Origin: an uncultured Candidatus Rokubacteria bacterium
GTDB taxonomy: Bacteria > Methylomirabilota > Methylomirabilia > Rokubacteriales > CSP1-6
Assembly: GCA_963762145.1 (NCBI GenBank)
Contig: CAVXJS010000015.1
Span: forward strand, 192,001 to 256,000
Reading direction: 5' to 3'
Length of the DNA: 64,000 bases
Positions 30,254 through 39,638 of the stretch are shown in pieces. The notes under the pieces were generated by a model. That model saw nothing but the letters and a program-made list of their open reading frames with translations. It had not been told where the DNA came from and did not search any database. The position numbers and the translations under genes are program-made. Numbering within the stretch: the first letter of the stretch is position 1; every line of letters begins with the position of its first letter.

Positions 30254-31712
30254 ATGGAAGACACGCTTCTCTACATTGACTCGGAGCCGGCAACGCGGCT
30301 GCTCGTTCGCCGGGTGCTGGGCTCGGCCGGATTCCGCGTACTCGAGGCGGAGAGCCTTGACTCCGGCCGCGAGCTTGCTGAGCACTCGCGGCCGGAGATT
30401 GTCTTGCTGGACGTCGACGACGCTACGGCGCCGGCCGGTCTTCTGCCGACCTTCCGGAAATCGCCCGGCATGGAGCGGTCGGTCTTCCTGGCTTCCACCG
30501 CCGACGACCGGCCGGCCCGCACCGAGGATCTGGTCGCCTGCGGGTTCCAGGGGGTTCTGGTCAAGCCACTCGACATCGATACCCTGGCGAACGAGCTCAA
30601 GCCCTATCTCAGCCGAGAGCCGCCCTGGCCCAACCCGCCAAGCCGATCCACACCGTCCCGACGTCCCGCCTCGGCATCCGGTCGCGCTGGCGGATCGACT
30701 TCGGCCCGATCATGGAGCGGCTCGTTCGCAGCGTTGACGCAGCCGACGGCGTGCTGACCCTTCTCGACGAGGAGCGGACGACGCTGATCGCCGTCGCCAC
30801 TTCCTCGCTCCGGGGCCCGGTCGACGGCTCACGAGTCGGCGTCAGGTTGCCGGTCACTACCCTGGAGTGGATCCGTCCCTCGCTCAGGACTGCCGATCCC
30901 ACGCTGCTCAACGCGGACACGGTGAGGCCGTCGGGTCTCCTCCCTGACGAGAGCACGGTTGCCCTCGTCGTGCCCGTCGCGAAGGACGGCGAGGTATACG
31001 GGCTGGTCATCCTGAGCGAGCGGCGTCGTGGCCGGTTCCTCTTCCCCCCGCCCAGGTGGCGGAGAGTATCGCCGAAACGGCTCGGATCGGCTCGATCCTG
31101 GCGGAATCGGATCGGCTGGACGAGGCCCTGGATCTGAAGCGTCACGAGATACAACGCTTCCGGCTTGCCGCGGGCCGGACCGTCGCGCTCGCCGGGCACG
31201 CCGCGGGCGCGGCGAGCGGAGAGCGGGAGACCGCCATCCGGTTGAGCTTGAGGCTGGCGGAGCAGCTCAAGCTCCCGCTGACCGAAGCGGTCCTCCTACA
31301 TCAGGCCGTGGAAGCGCACGATCTCGGGCGGACGTGGATTGCGCACGCCCTTCTCCCCCACGCTGGCCTCACGCCCGCCGCTGCTCAGAACCTGCTCGAG
31401 GGACATGGGGACCATACGACCGCGATCCTGAGCGCGCTGGAGTGGCCACAAGCGGTCCTCGACCTGGTCCGGGCGCATCGGGCATGGTGGAGCGGCGAAG
31501 ATCAGCCTGACGGTCCTAGCGGCCGCGACATTCCCCTGGCCGCCCGCATCATGGCGGTCACCACGGCCTACGAGACCTTGACCACCTGCCCCGGCCCTCA
31601 CCGGGGAGCGCTACGCAGTCGCGAGGCGATCGCGGAGCTGACCCGCGAGTCGGGACGGCGTTTCGATCCAGATGTGGTCGCGGCTCTCGCCGCGGTGCTC
31701 GAGGAGAGCTGA
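30254..31712 (+). CDS. REC - GAF - degenerate HD-GYP protein, split by two apparent 1-nt deletions (about 30623 and 31048)
   Basis: REC (LYIDSE, VLLDVD, KPLD); GAF-like (LVVPVAKDGEVYGLVIL); HD-GYP-like (HDLGR, IPLAARIMAV, GRRFDPDVV). Confidence 0.72.
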
Positions 31713-31730
31713 GCCGCGAACAGACCAGGC
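31699..31730 (+). repeat. 32-bp motif also present at 56986-57017 and 62791-62822
   Basis: TCGAGGAGAGCTGAGCCGCGAACAGACCAGGC; one mismatch to the 62791 copy and two to the 56986 copy. Confidence 0.85.
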
Positions 31731-31936
31731 GGCGGTGGAGGGCCGGGCCTGACCGTGCTGGGACCCACTCACCAGTGTGAGGAGTCGGGCAAGACTCCCC
31801 TCCGACGAGCTCACGGGCCCGGCGATCGGCCGCTGGGGTGGCAGACGAAGACCTAGACCTCTGGGCCACTGGCCCACGTAGGGCGGGTCGACTACGATAG
31901 CCGCGCCATGCTCTCCCGTGCCCAGGAAGCTCGCGT

Positions 31937-32581
31937 ATGACCCTTCCGCCGGGATCGGATTGGAGCAACCTCGACTGGCTGACCGCCCTTCGCGCGGACA
32001 GCGATGTAGCGTGGGCGGCGATCCGGGAGCGCGTACTGCGCCACCTCCGCGCCTATCTGCGCGGCCGGGGCCGACCGCTCGCCGATGACGACCTCGAGGC
32101 GCTGGCCGAGGATGCCGTTCAGGACACCCTGTTGACGGTTCGAGCCAAGCTCGACACGTTCAGGAACGACAGCCGATTCACGACGTGGGTCCACCGTATT
32201 GGCGTCAACGCCCTGCTCGGGCAACTGCGTCAGCGACGCTGGAAGTTGCGGTCGCCGGGAACGGCGAGCGACACCGTCCCCGACTCTCTGACCGAAGAGG
32301 GCGTGCCGGCTCCCGAGCGGGCCGCCCTGCAGCAGGAGTTGTGGACGCTCGTCAGGCAGCTGATCGAGGTGGAGCTGACGCCGCATCAGCGAACCATCCT
32401 GGTCGCCCATGTCTTTCACCAGCAGCCGCTAGATCTCCTGGCGGCAGAGCTCGGCACCTCGAGGGATGCGGTGTACAAGGCGATTCACGATGCGCGGCGA
32501 AAGCTGCGTGCGGCGCTCCTCGCGCGGGGTGTCACCGTGGCGGAGGTGCTCGGGGTCTTCGGGAAGGGATCACGGCCGTGA
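31937..32581 (+). CDS. ECF RNA polymerase sigma factor
   Basis: AEDAVQDTLL, FRNDSRFTTWVHRIGVN (region 2); LGTSRDAVYKAIHDARRKLR (region 4). Confidence 0.92.
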   Translation: MTLPPGSDWSNLDWLTALRADSDVAWAAIRERVLRHLRAYLRGRGRPLADDDLEALAEDAVQDTLLTVRAKLDTFRNDSRFTTWVHRIGVNALLGQLRQRRWKLRSPGTASDTVPDSLTEEGVPAPERAALQQELWTLVRQLIEVELTPHQRTILVAHVFHQQPLDLLAAELGTSRDAVYKAIHDARRKLRAALLARGVTVAEVLGVFGKGSRP

Positions 32582-32823
32582 ATCACGCCCAGTTCTTGGA
32601 GCTCCTCCGAGCCATTTTCGAGACCAGGGACGACGAGATCGTCTGCTCCGAGTTCTTCGAGCTGCTCCCGCAATACGTCGACCTCGTCCTGGCGACCGCT
32701 GACGCCTCACGGCTCGGCGAGCCCGCCACAGTCCTGCCACAGGTCGCCCATCATATCCTCCAGTGCTCGGAGTGCGCCGAAGCGTACGAGGCGCTGCTCG
32801 AGATCGAACGGTCCTCGCGGTAA
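32578..32823 (+). CDS. Small soluble zinc-binding anti-sigma factor (ZAS-like)
   Basis: C..FFELLPQYVD and HILQCSEC (HxxxCxxC); GTGA overlap with the ECF stop. Confidence 0.8.
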   Translation: MNHAQFLELLRAIFETRDDEIVCSEFFELLPQYVDLVLATADASRLGEPATVLPQVAHHILQCSECAEAYEALLEIERSSR

Positions 32824-32938
32824 GATTCCCGCGCGCTCCTGCATCTAACGTGTAGCAGGAGGCGTAGGGAGGCCGTCAACCAGCCGTACGGTCCCGCGCT
32901 CACGTGTGCCCATAGAAGCTCGTGAGGAGACACCGTTT

Positions 32939-34297
32939 ATGAAAGACACCGGGCGTATTGTGGGTATCTCTGTTCTGGCGCTCGTCGTCGGCGTAGCGTG
33001 CATGCAGCAGTCGACGCGAGCTCCCGAGATGAGCGGGGGGCCCGACGCGGAGGAAGGATTCGACAGGACGATCGGCGCGCACGCACGACAACTCATGGAC
33101 GAGGGACGAACGACCTTTCGCAATGACACGTTCGGGAGCGAGGGGTTCTGGGGCGGCGCAGTCCAGCTCCACCGCGCGATCGCGGGTGAGAAGAACGGCG
33201 GTGTCGGTCCGGGGCTCTCACCTAAACAGGCTCTTGCCCTGGGCCTAAAAGTGGATGCCTCCGCGCTTCCGGCCGCCCTCGCGGAGGCACTCAAGACGCG
33301 AAAGGTCGATCTCGACGATCCCGCGAGCACCATTGCCTTGCTGAAGGCCAACGTGGTCGTGGGTGTCACCGGCTTCTTCGATTCCCAGGGGCGGATCATG
33401 TCGGTCGGCATCCAGTGCGCCCTCTGCCATTCGACCGTCGACGACGGGTTCGCGCCGGGCATCGGCCGTCGGCTCGATGGCTGGCCCAACCGCGATCTCG
33501 ACATCGGCGCCATCGTGGCCCTCTCACCCACCCTGAAGCCCTACACCGATCTGCTCGGCTCGGACGACGCTACGGTGCGCAAGGTGCTGAGGAGCTGGGG
33601 GCCGGGGAAGTTCGATGCTCAGCTCACCTTGGATGGCAAGGCGTTCCGGCCGGACGGCAAGTCGGCCGCCACGTTGAATCCCGCGGCCTTCGGGCTGGCC
33701 GGCGTGAACCAGCACACGTGGACCGGCTCATGGGGCTCGGTCACGTATTGGAACGCGTTCGTGGCGAATCTCGAGATGCATGGCAAGGGCAACTTCTTCG
33801 ACCCACGATTGAGCAACAAGGAGCAGTATCCGGTTGCGGCGCGGGCTAACCTCGGGAACGTCCGAGCGTCGGAGGATCGGATCACCCCGAAGCTTGCCGC
33901 GCTTCACTTCTATCAACTGGCCATCCCGGTCCCCAAACCCCCGGAGGGAAGCTTCGACAGGGCGAGCGCAGATCGCGGGCGCGCCGTCTTCAATGGAAAG
34001 TCAAAGTGCGCCGTCTGCCATGTGCCCCCCATCTTCACCGAGCCGGGCTGGAACCTTCACAAGCCCGAGGAGATCGGCATCGACTCCTTTCAGGCCGATC
34101 GCGCCCCTGATCGAGCGTACCGGACGACGCCCCTGCGGGCGCTCTGGGACACCAAGAAGATCCACAAGGGTGGGTTCTATCACGACGGTCGCTTCGCCAC
34201 CCTGCAGGACGTGGTGGATCACTACAACACGTTCATGAAGCTTGGCTTGACCACCGCCGAGACCCGAGATCTCATCGAGTACCTGAAATCCCTATGA
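32939..34297 (+). CDS. Di-haem c-type cytochrome lipoprotein (cytochrome c peroxidase/RoxA-like superfamily)
   Basis: Lipobox VGVAC; CALCH and CAVCH; YRTTPLRALW...FYHDGRF..L.DVVDHY C-terminal motif. Confidence 0.85.
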   Translation: MKDTGRIVGISVLALVVGVACMQQSTRAPEMSGGPDAEEGFDRTIGAHARQLMDEGRTTFRNDTFGSEGFWGGAVQLHRAIAGEKNGGVGPGLSPKQALALGLKVDASALPAALAEALKTRKVDLDDPASTIALLKANVVVGVTGFFDSQGRIMSVGIQCALCHSTVDDGFAPGIGRRLDGWPNRDLDIGAIVALSPTLKPYTDLLGSDDATVRKVLRSWGPGKFDAQLTLDGKAFRPDGKSAATLNPAAFGLAGVNQHTWTGSWGSVTYWNAFVANLEMHGKGNFFDPRLSNKEQYPVAARANLGNVRASEDRITPKLAALHFYQLAIPVPKPPEGSFDRASADRGRAVFNGKSKCAVCHVPPIFTEPGWNLHKPEEIGIDSFQADRAPDRAYRTTPLRALWDTKKIHKGGFYHDGRFATLQDVVDHYNTFMKLGLTTAETRDLIEYLKSL

Positions 34298-34366
34298 GGG
34301 CCCCCGTCGCTGCTGCAGCGGGCGGAACAGGCGATTGAATAAGGCTTCTTCCGGCACTGGCCCTCG

Positions 34367-34561
34367 CTACATCCAACCGGGAGACTGGTACTCACAGTAA
34401 CCATCGAGTATGTTCGGGCGCCACCACCCCCCTTGTCGCTCGCAAGTGGCCCTGAGCTCTTCCGGCGTATACAGCGGCGGGCGCGGGGTGCCGCCGCAGC
34501 CAACCAGGACGGCCACGGCCAAACCGACAAGGAGAGCCCGGCTCCACGCCATCGTCGGCAT
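34367..34561 (-). CDS. Small lipoprotein with a Cys pair
   Basis: Lipobox LVGC; CERQGGWW...GYCEY. Confidence 0.6.
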   Translation of the reverse strand: MPTMAWSRALLVGLAVAVLVGCGGTPRPPLYTPEELRATCERQGGWWRPNILDGYCEYQSPGWM

Positions 34562-34695
34562 CACGCGAACTAACTGACGGCCCACATTTCTAATCTTACG
34601 GTGGGGGTCAACACCCCCGAATGCGACTTCTTTGGAGGTGAGTCGAGGCGGGCTCTACAAGGCGTAGTCGTTAGAACAACCAGCCGTCGTGGCTC

Positions 34696-34923
34696 TCAGA
34701 CGCAGCGGTTGCGACTCCTAATCACGTCACCAAGTGTCTTCGATGATGTCACATCTCCAACACATGCGATGTTGGTGCTAATACCACGGGTGATGTGGTC
34801 CATAAGCGTTGGTGACAACCACAGCACCGCCCAGATGGTCAGCGCGACCAGAGCGACGAGGAGGATATTGAAGACGTCCGTCGCCTCTCGTTTCAAGTAT
34901 TCGCGCCAGGTAATGGAGAGCAT
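34696..34923 (-). CDS. Possible small membrane protein
   Basis: One TM helix; co-oriented with neighbours; low-GC codon usage. Confidence 0.35.
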   Translation of the reverse strand: MLSITWREYLKREATDVFNILLVALVALTIWAVLWLSPTLMDHITRGISTNIACVGDVTSSKTLGDVIRSRNRCV

Positions 34924-34930
34924 GGTGGAA

Positions 34931-35224
34931 CTACTGGCCGGGGTTGCCCGAGTAGATCGACATAAATCGCTTGTACTCCGACTCTAGGGTGTTCTTGCCG
35001 TGTGCTTGGAGCGTGGCTTTGATCCATGTCGCTCGAGACCCCGGTTCCTCCATACATGCTAGGTAGAATCGCATCAGGCCCTCCGGCCCGCCATTTCGCA
35101 GGGCCGTCTCGGCGTCTTCCAATAGCGTCCAATCCCGGATCAAGCCTCGGCCACCCTCAACGATATTCTCGATCACGGCCATCATCTCCGCTTCTCGTGC
35201 CGTCTGCGTTACCTCCTCGTTCAT
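34931..35224 (-). CDS. Hypothetical protein
   Basis: GGGGGAG RBS; globular composition; directly downstream of the receiver gene. Confidence 0.55.
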   Translation of the reverse strand: MNEEVTQTAREAEMMAVIENIVEGGRGLIRDWTLLEDAETALRNGGPEGLMRFYLACMEEPGSRATWIKATLQAHGKNTLESEYKRFMSIYSGNPGQ

Positions 35225-35245
35225 CGCACTCCCCCACGCCTCTGT

Positions 35246-35638
35246 TCAGCGAAAAGCAGCATGTCGACCTCGCCCGATCATCCGGTCCACCAGCTGACGG
35301 AGTTGGTGCATGGTGAAGGGCTTCCCCAGAACCGGTGCGCCCGTCTCTCTGAGGAAGACTCCGAACTGAGGATCGTGTGCCTGCCCGGTGATGAACGCGA
35401 TGCGTTTCAGGGCTTGCGGATGATCACGCCGGACGTGCTCGTAGAGCGCTTGACCATCCAATTCTGGCATGCGCATATCGGACAAGATTAGATCGAACGG
35501 ATTGCGGCCGATGCGGTCGAGCCCATCTTTGCCGTCCTGGGCGGTCTGTACGTCATGGCCATCCATGACGAGGATGTCCGCGATGGTCTGTCGGATCTCA
35601 GGCTGGTCATCGATGACCAGGATGCGCGACCGTCCCAT
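35246..35638 (-). CDS. Single-domain response regulator (receiver only)
   Basis: ILVIDDQ, DLILSDMRMPELDG, FITG, KPF; GGAGG RBS. Confidence 0.92.
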   Translation of the reverse strand: MGRSRILVIDDQPEIRQTIADILVMDGHDVQTAQDGKDGLDRIGRNPFDLILSDMRMPELDGQALYEHVRRDHPQALKRIAFITGQAHDPQFGVFLRETGAPVLGKPFTMHQLRQLVDRMIGRGRHAAFR

Positions 35639-35809
35639 CGCCTACCTCCGCCGTTTCAGAGTCATATCCGTATCCTTCATGTCAACACGATCAGCGTCAG
35701 ACGTTGCCTATCCCCGATCAATCGGACGATCAGGCGGCAGCTACGAACGTCATGCATGGGGTTTAACCGGGTCGATTGGACTTGATAGCTGCGCATCGTC
35801 GCATGGGTG

Positions 35810-35825
35810 AGCAACAGTGGGGCCA
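35810..35825 (-). promoter_or_regulatory. sigma54 -24/-12 promoter candidate
   Basis: Minus strand TGGCCC-CACTG-TTGCT, about 170 nt upstream of the receiver gene. Confidence 0.55.
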
Positions 35826-36025
35826 GGGCAAAAGCGACTTCGAAGACGGGCTTATAGGCAGTTTTCGGGTAGATGCTTTACGCACCTGTGAAGTTATTCC
35901 TCGATGCGAACTGACACGAAATGTCGCAACTTGAAAGAAGAGTTGCCCACAGCAGTCAAGAGACGTGGAACTCTAGCCCGTTCCCAGCGGGCGGCGGTAG
36001 GCTTTGCACCCAGGGTGTGCAGCGA

Positions 36026-36841
36026 CTACTTGCGCCTGTGCCGTCTCCAGTGAGCAGCGAACCCCAGCCCCGCCATCGTGGTGCCCCAGAGGAGGAGTGT
36101 AGTGGGCTCGGGAATAGGCGCGATGCCGAGGTCCGAACCGAGACTAATTCTGTCACCCGTCCCTAATCCGCCGCCGCCCGTCGCCATCGCCTCGAGGAAT
36201 TCGATCCGCAATGCGCCTTGCAGCGCCCACGGCGGGCCGTTGGCCTTCTGGACGGGACCGTCATGATGGTCGAACGGCGCGACATTGTCTCCCCCTGAGA
36301 GGGAGACCAGAGGAGCGTTGATATTGGCAACCCCGCCGATCACCTCTGCGTTGATACGACCCTCAAACTGCCTGATCGATATGCCGCCGATGACCGCGGG
36401 ATGTACCGGGTTGTCAAAGACGCCCTTGATGCCGTCCTGTGCATTCACGGGCGCGGCGGGATCAGAAAAGGTGTGTCGAAAGTCTATTGCGAACAGGTGG
36501 TCGATCGCGCCGGCCTTCCGGTCGATCACCAGATCCAGGAGCGTCAATCGGTGAGTGACCGGCGGCACGAGCGTGCCTGCATCCGCAAAGTCCGCGGTTA
36601 CGATTCCCCTGACCCTGTAACCCGGGACCGCAAAGCCCCGCGTGGGGTCATCACTGTCGAACTGGATGATATGCTGCCCGTTGTTCAGATCCTGACCGGC
36701 CCCCGCGCCGACACGATCGCCAATCACTGTCCCGTCGATCGATATCTGCACCGCCAGAACGTCACCCGGCCACATCAGCACCGACGAAGCGCCGAGCAAT
36801 AAAGCCATCACGACGCAGTAGTGTAAGCCCCGCGGAATCAT
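36026..36841 (-). CDS. PEP-CTERM exosortase-target surface protein
   Basis: N-terminal signal peptide; C-terminal IPEPTTLLLWGTTMAGLGFAAHWRRHRRK (PEP + TM + basic tail). Confidence 0.9.
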   Translation of the reverse strand: MIPRGLHYCVVMALLLGASSVLMWPGDVLAVQISIDGTVIGDRVGAGAGQDLNNGQHIIQFDSDDPTRGFAVPGYRVRGIVTADFADAGTLVPPVTHRLTLLDLVIDRKAGAIDHLFAIDFRHTFSDPAAPVNAQDGIKGVFDNPVHPAVIGGISIRQFEGRINAEVIGGVANINAPLVSLSGGDNVAPFDHHDGPVQKANGPPWALQGALRIEFLEAMATGGGGLGTGDRISLGSDLGIAPIPEPTTLLLWGTTMAGLGFAAHWRRHRRK

Positions 36842-37099
36842 AGGGTCCTCCGTTCGAGTGAGGGTCTCGGAGGTCGAGGCAGTAAGCACGAATTCATGAT
36901 CATAGTAGTAGCACTCGCTGATGCGGTGCCCGTTGCGAGCGCGAAGCAAAGGGCGCGAATCTCATGCCCCCTCCATCCGCCACTGGCGGGACGCCTTCCC
37001 CCTGAGGGCCGAACGGTGGTGCGGTAGAAACAACCAGGACTCTGGTACTGTCTCCCAGATAATGTCAACGCTGCCGTAGCCCAGCGCGTCAACGCTATG

Positions 37100-37252
37100 T
37101 TAGTCTCCTGCCCCATGCCAGCAATCCTTGCCGCCTGGTGGCAATCGTCGCTCAGGTGGAAGAGTCACCACGGGTATCTCACGTCCGCACGTCGGACATG
37201 GACGCTTGGCGTGGGGCTAGCCGCGCTCGTCTAGCCAGGTGGGCGGGTTCAA
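37100..37252 (-). pseudogene. Small CxxC protein interrupted by an in-frame TAG
   Basis: TTG start overlapping the upstream stop; LNPPTWLDERG*PHAKRPCPTCGREIP...; TAG at 37217-37219. Confidence 0.4.
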
Positions 37253-37515
37253 GCGGACTTGCCCTCTTCGCGCTTTCGCACGTCAAGCCCAGCCAACTCC
37301 TGGCGGAGCGCGCGCGCCACGGCCACGTCATGGCTCTCCGCATGCTCCAGGAGAGAACGCGCCTTCGCCTCTGGCCAATCCAACTCGTAGCCATGGTCAA
37401 GTTGGGCCGTCCGCTCTCGGTCCTCAAGTAGTGTTCCGAGTGCTGGTGGCAAGGCCTCATGCGATAGCAGCGCCTGCCAGTCCGCGAACGTCAGCGGGCA
37501 CGTCACGTCAGCCAT
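37249..37515 (-). CDS. Small hypothetical protein (phage-like gene run)
   Basis: GGGAGG RBS 15 nt after the rtcB stop; 88 aa. Confidence 0.6.
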   Translation of the reverse strand: MADVTCPLTFADWQALLSHEALPPALGTLLEDRERTAQLDHGYELDWPEAKARSLLEHAESHDVAVARALRQELAGLDVRKREEGKSA

Positions 37516-37530
37516 ACACGCCTCCCGAGG

Positions 37531-38727
37531 TCAGCCCTTCACGCAGACGACTTGCTTGAGGGTCGCCACGACCTCGACCAGGTCGGCTTGCGCGGCCATG
37601 ACGGCGGCGATGTCCTTGTACGCGCCTGGACTCTCGTCGAGCACCCCCGCGTCCTTCCGGCACTCCACGCCAGCCGTGGCAGCCGCGTGGTCGGCCAGGC
37701 TCAGCTCGCGCTTGGCGCGGCCGCGGCTCAGGCGACGGCCGGCTCCATGGGAGCAGGACTCGTAGGAGGCTGGCGCGCCCCGGCCGGCCACGATGAAGCT
37801 CTGCGCCCCCATGCTGCCGGGGATGATGCCGAGTTCCCCCTGCCGGGCGGAGACCGCTCCCTTGCGCGTCACGTAGAGCCCGGCCTCGCGCTCCTCGACG
37901 TAGTTGTGGTGGCAATTGACGGCGTGCGCTCGGCCTTGGATGGGCCGGCCGAGCGTGGCCGCGATCGCATCGAGGACGATGCGCATCATTACCGCGCGGT
38001 TCGTCTGAGCGTAGCGCTGCGCCCAGAGGACGGCGCGCCGGTAGTCGTCGAAGAGCACGGTGCCATCGTCGAGCCAGCCCAGGTCCCGGTCCGGCAGGGT
38101 GCGGTGCTGCTTCAGGGCGTACGTGCGCGCCTGCTCGATGAAATAGGTCCCGATGCGGTTCCCAGGGCCGCGCGAGCCCGAGTGCAGCATCACCCAGACG
38201 TTCTGCCGGGTGTCCACGCAGATCTCGATGAAATGATTGCCCGTGCCCAGCGTGCCGAGCTGCGCCTCCTGCACCCCTTCGAGCTTTGGGTAGCGTGCGA
38301 CGATCTCCGCCCATTCCGCCGCGAGCGTGGCCCAGTGCTGGCCAACCACGCGCGTCGGTTCGTAGCCGGCCTGGGACCACGAGCCTCTGATGCCAGGCCC
38401 GCCATGCGGGACGGCCGCCTCGATGGCCCGGCGCAGCGCGGGCAGCTTGCCATCCAGCGCACTCGCTGGCAGCTCAAGCTCCTGCGCGATCATGCCGCAC
38501 CCAATGTCGACGCCGACCAAGGCCGGAACAATGGCCGATCGCGTGGCAATCACGCCACCGACCGGCCCGCCCTTGCCCCAGTGTCCGTCCGGCATGAGAC
38601 AGACGGCTTCCGTCACCGGCAGCTGGGCGACATTCCGTACCTGCTGCAAGACCTCCGGCTCCATCGGAGAGCCCGCCGGTTCCCAGAGGCGAATCGGGGC
38701 CTTTCCTTGCTCGATCAACTCCCGCAT
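37531..38727 (-). CDS. rtcB: RtcB 3'-phosphate RNA ligase
   Basis: MPDGHWG, GVDIGCG, GTLGTGNHFIE, HSGSRG, CHHNY, RKGA, PGSMG, HGAGR, DESPGAYK. Confidence 0.95.
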   Translation of the reverse strand: MRELIEQGKAPIRLWEPAGSPMEPEVLQQVRNVAQLPVTEAVCLMPDGHWGKGGPVGGVIATRSAIVPALVGVDIGCGMIAQELELPASALDGKLPALRRAIEAAVPHGGPGIRGSWSQAGYEPTRVVGQHWATLAAEWAEIVARYPKLEGVQEAQLGTLGTGNHFIEICVDTRQNVWVMLHSGSRGPGNRIGTYFIEQARTYALKQHRTLPDRDLGWLDDGTVLFDDYRRAVLWAQRYAQTNRAVMMRIVLDAIAATLGRPIQGRAHAVNCHHNYVEEREAGLYVTRKGAVSARQGELGIIPGSMGAQSFIVAGRGAPASYESCSHGAGRRLSRGRAKRELSLADHAAATAGVECRKDAGVLDESPGAYKDIAAVMAAQADLVEVVATLKQVVCVKG

Positions 38728-38769
38728 AGCGGAGAAGGGTAGCACTGCGAGGGGGGCGCGAGGCGATCG

Positions 38770-39162
38770 CTACGGATGCTCATGCTCCGCACTCGCACCA
38801 CCCTGGGCCTCGGGGCTGGGCTTCCAACACCACTCGGCGAGCCAGAGCACTCCCAGGAAGATGGAGAACCACAGAATCCATGCCGCCATCAAATGGGTCC
38901 ACCCCCACCTGAATGCGTACCAATACGCGATGGCCAGGAACAGACAGAGCAACAGCGCGGAGAACGTATAGGCCGCCCAACCCGCCACGCGGCGCCAACG
39001 CGGCAAGGGGGCCTCCATGGGCAGCATGCGCCACCTGCCTTCTAGCCTGTGGCTCGGATTCAAAAATTCGACCTGTGCCCACAGGTATCCCACTCGGTAG
39101 GCAATGGCCGCCACGATGATGAGAATGAAGACGACCAGAACCACCACTCCGGCGCCGTCCAT
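38770..39162 (-). CDS. Hypothetical 3-TM membrane protein
   Basis: GGAGGG RBS; three hydrophobic Trp-rich helices. Confidence 0.6.
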   Translation of the reverse strand: MDGAGVVVLVVFILIIVAAIAYRVGYLWAQVEFLNPSHRLEGRWRMLPMEAPLPRWRRVAGWAAYTFSALLLCLFLAIAYWYAFRWGWTHLMAAWILWFSIFLGVLWLAEWCWKPSPEAQGGASAEHEHP

Positions 39163-39211
39163 CTGCCCTCCTACTTCAGGTACTCCGCCAGCCGCTCCTG
39201 TTCCTTCCGCA

Positions 39212-39382
39212 TCACTGGACTTCTCCACGCTCGATCCGGCCCCGAAGCGCCTCGAGCTCCTCATCCCTCACGATGAGCAAGGCCAGCGAAGCCTCGGCTC
39301 GCTCCTCCCAGGTCATCTCACCGACGGCGGCACGCCAGAGATCGAGCGCCCGGAGCAGCGTCTCCTGCTCGCGCACTGTCAT
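39212..39382 (-). CDS. Small hypothetical protein (phage-like)
   Basis: MTVREQETLLRALDLW...; ATGA overlap with the upstream gene. Confidence 0.55.
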   Translation of the reverse strand: MTVREQETLLRALDLWRAAVGEMTWEERAEASLALLIVRDEELEALRGRIERGEVQ

Positions 39383-39576
39383 CGCCGCGCGGGCGTCAGG
39401 CACAGGTTCCGACCGAGCTGCCGCGCCATGATCGGCCGCCAGCGCAGGTCGGCGGCCTCGTGCTCGTTTCCCTCGATGCGCTGGTCGAGGGCGTGGAGAC
39501 CATGGCCCACGGCCCGGACGGCCAGCTCCGCCGTGTGGGCCGAGACCAGGAGTTGTGCCAGGCCCGATTCGCCCAT
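39379..39576 (-). CDS. Small hypothetical protein (phage-like)
   Basis: AGGAGG RBS; translationally coupled to the next gene. Confidence 0.5.
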   Translation of the reverse strand: MGESGLAQLLVSAHTAELAVRAVGHGLHALDQRIEGNEHEAADLRWRPIMARQLGRNLCLTPARR

Positions 39577-39638
39577 TCGTCTCCTCCTGTCGTCTCGCCC
39601 CGTGGGTGTCAGCGCACCACGGGGGCTTCTTGCTTCTC

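Noticed and set aside
35820-35860. GGGCAAAA...GAAGACGGG resembling a c-di-GMP-I riboswitch
   Set aside because: Lacks the GCAAACC/GAAA/GGGACGCAAAGC pattern and a second stem; overlaps a sigma54 candidate on the other strand
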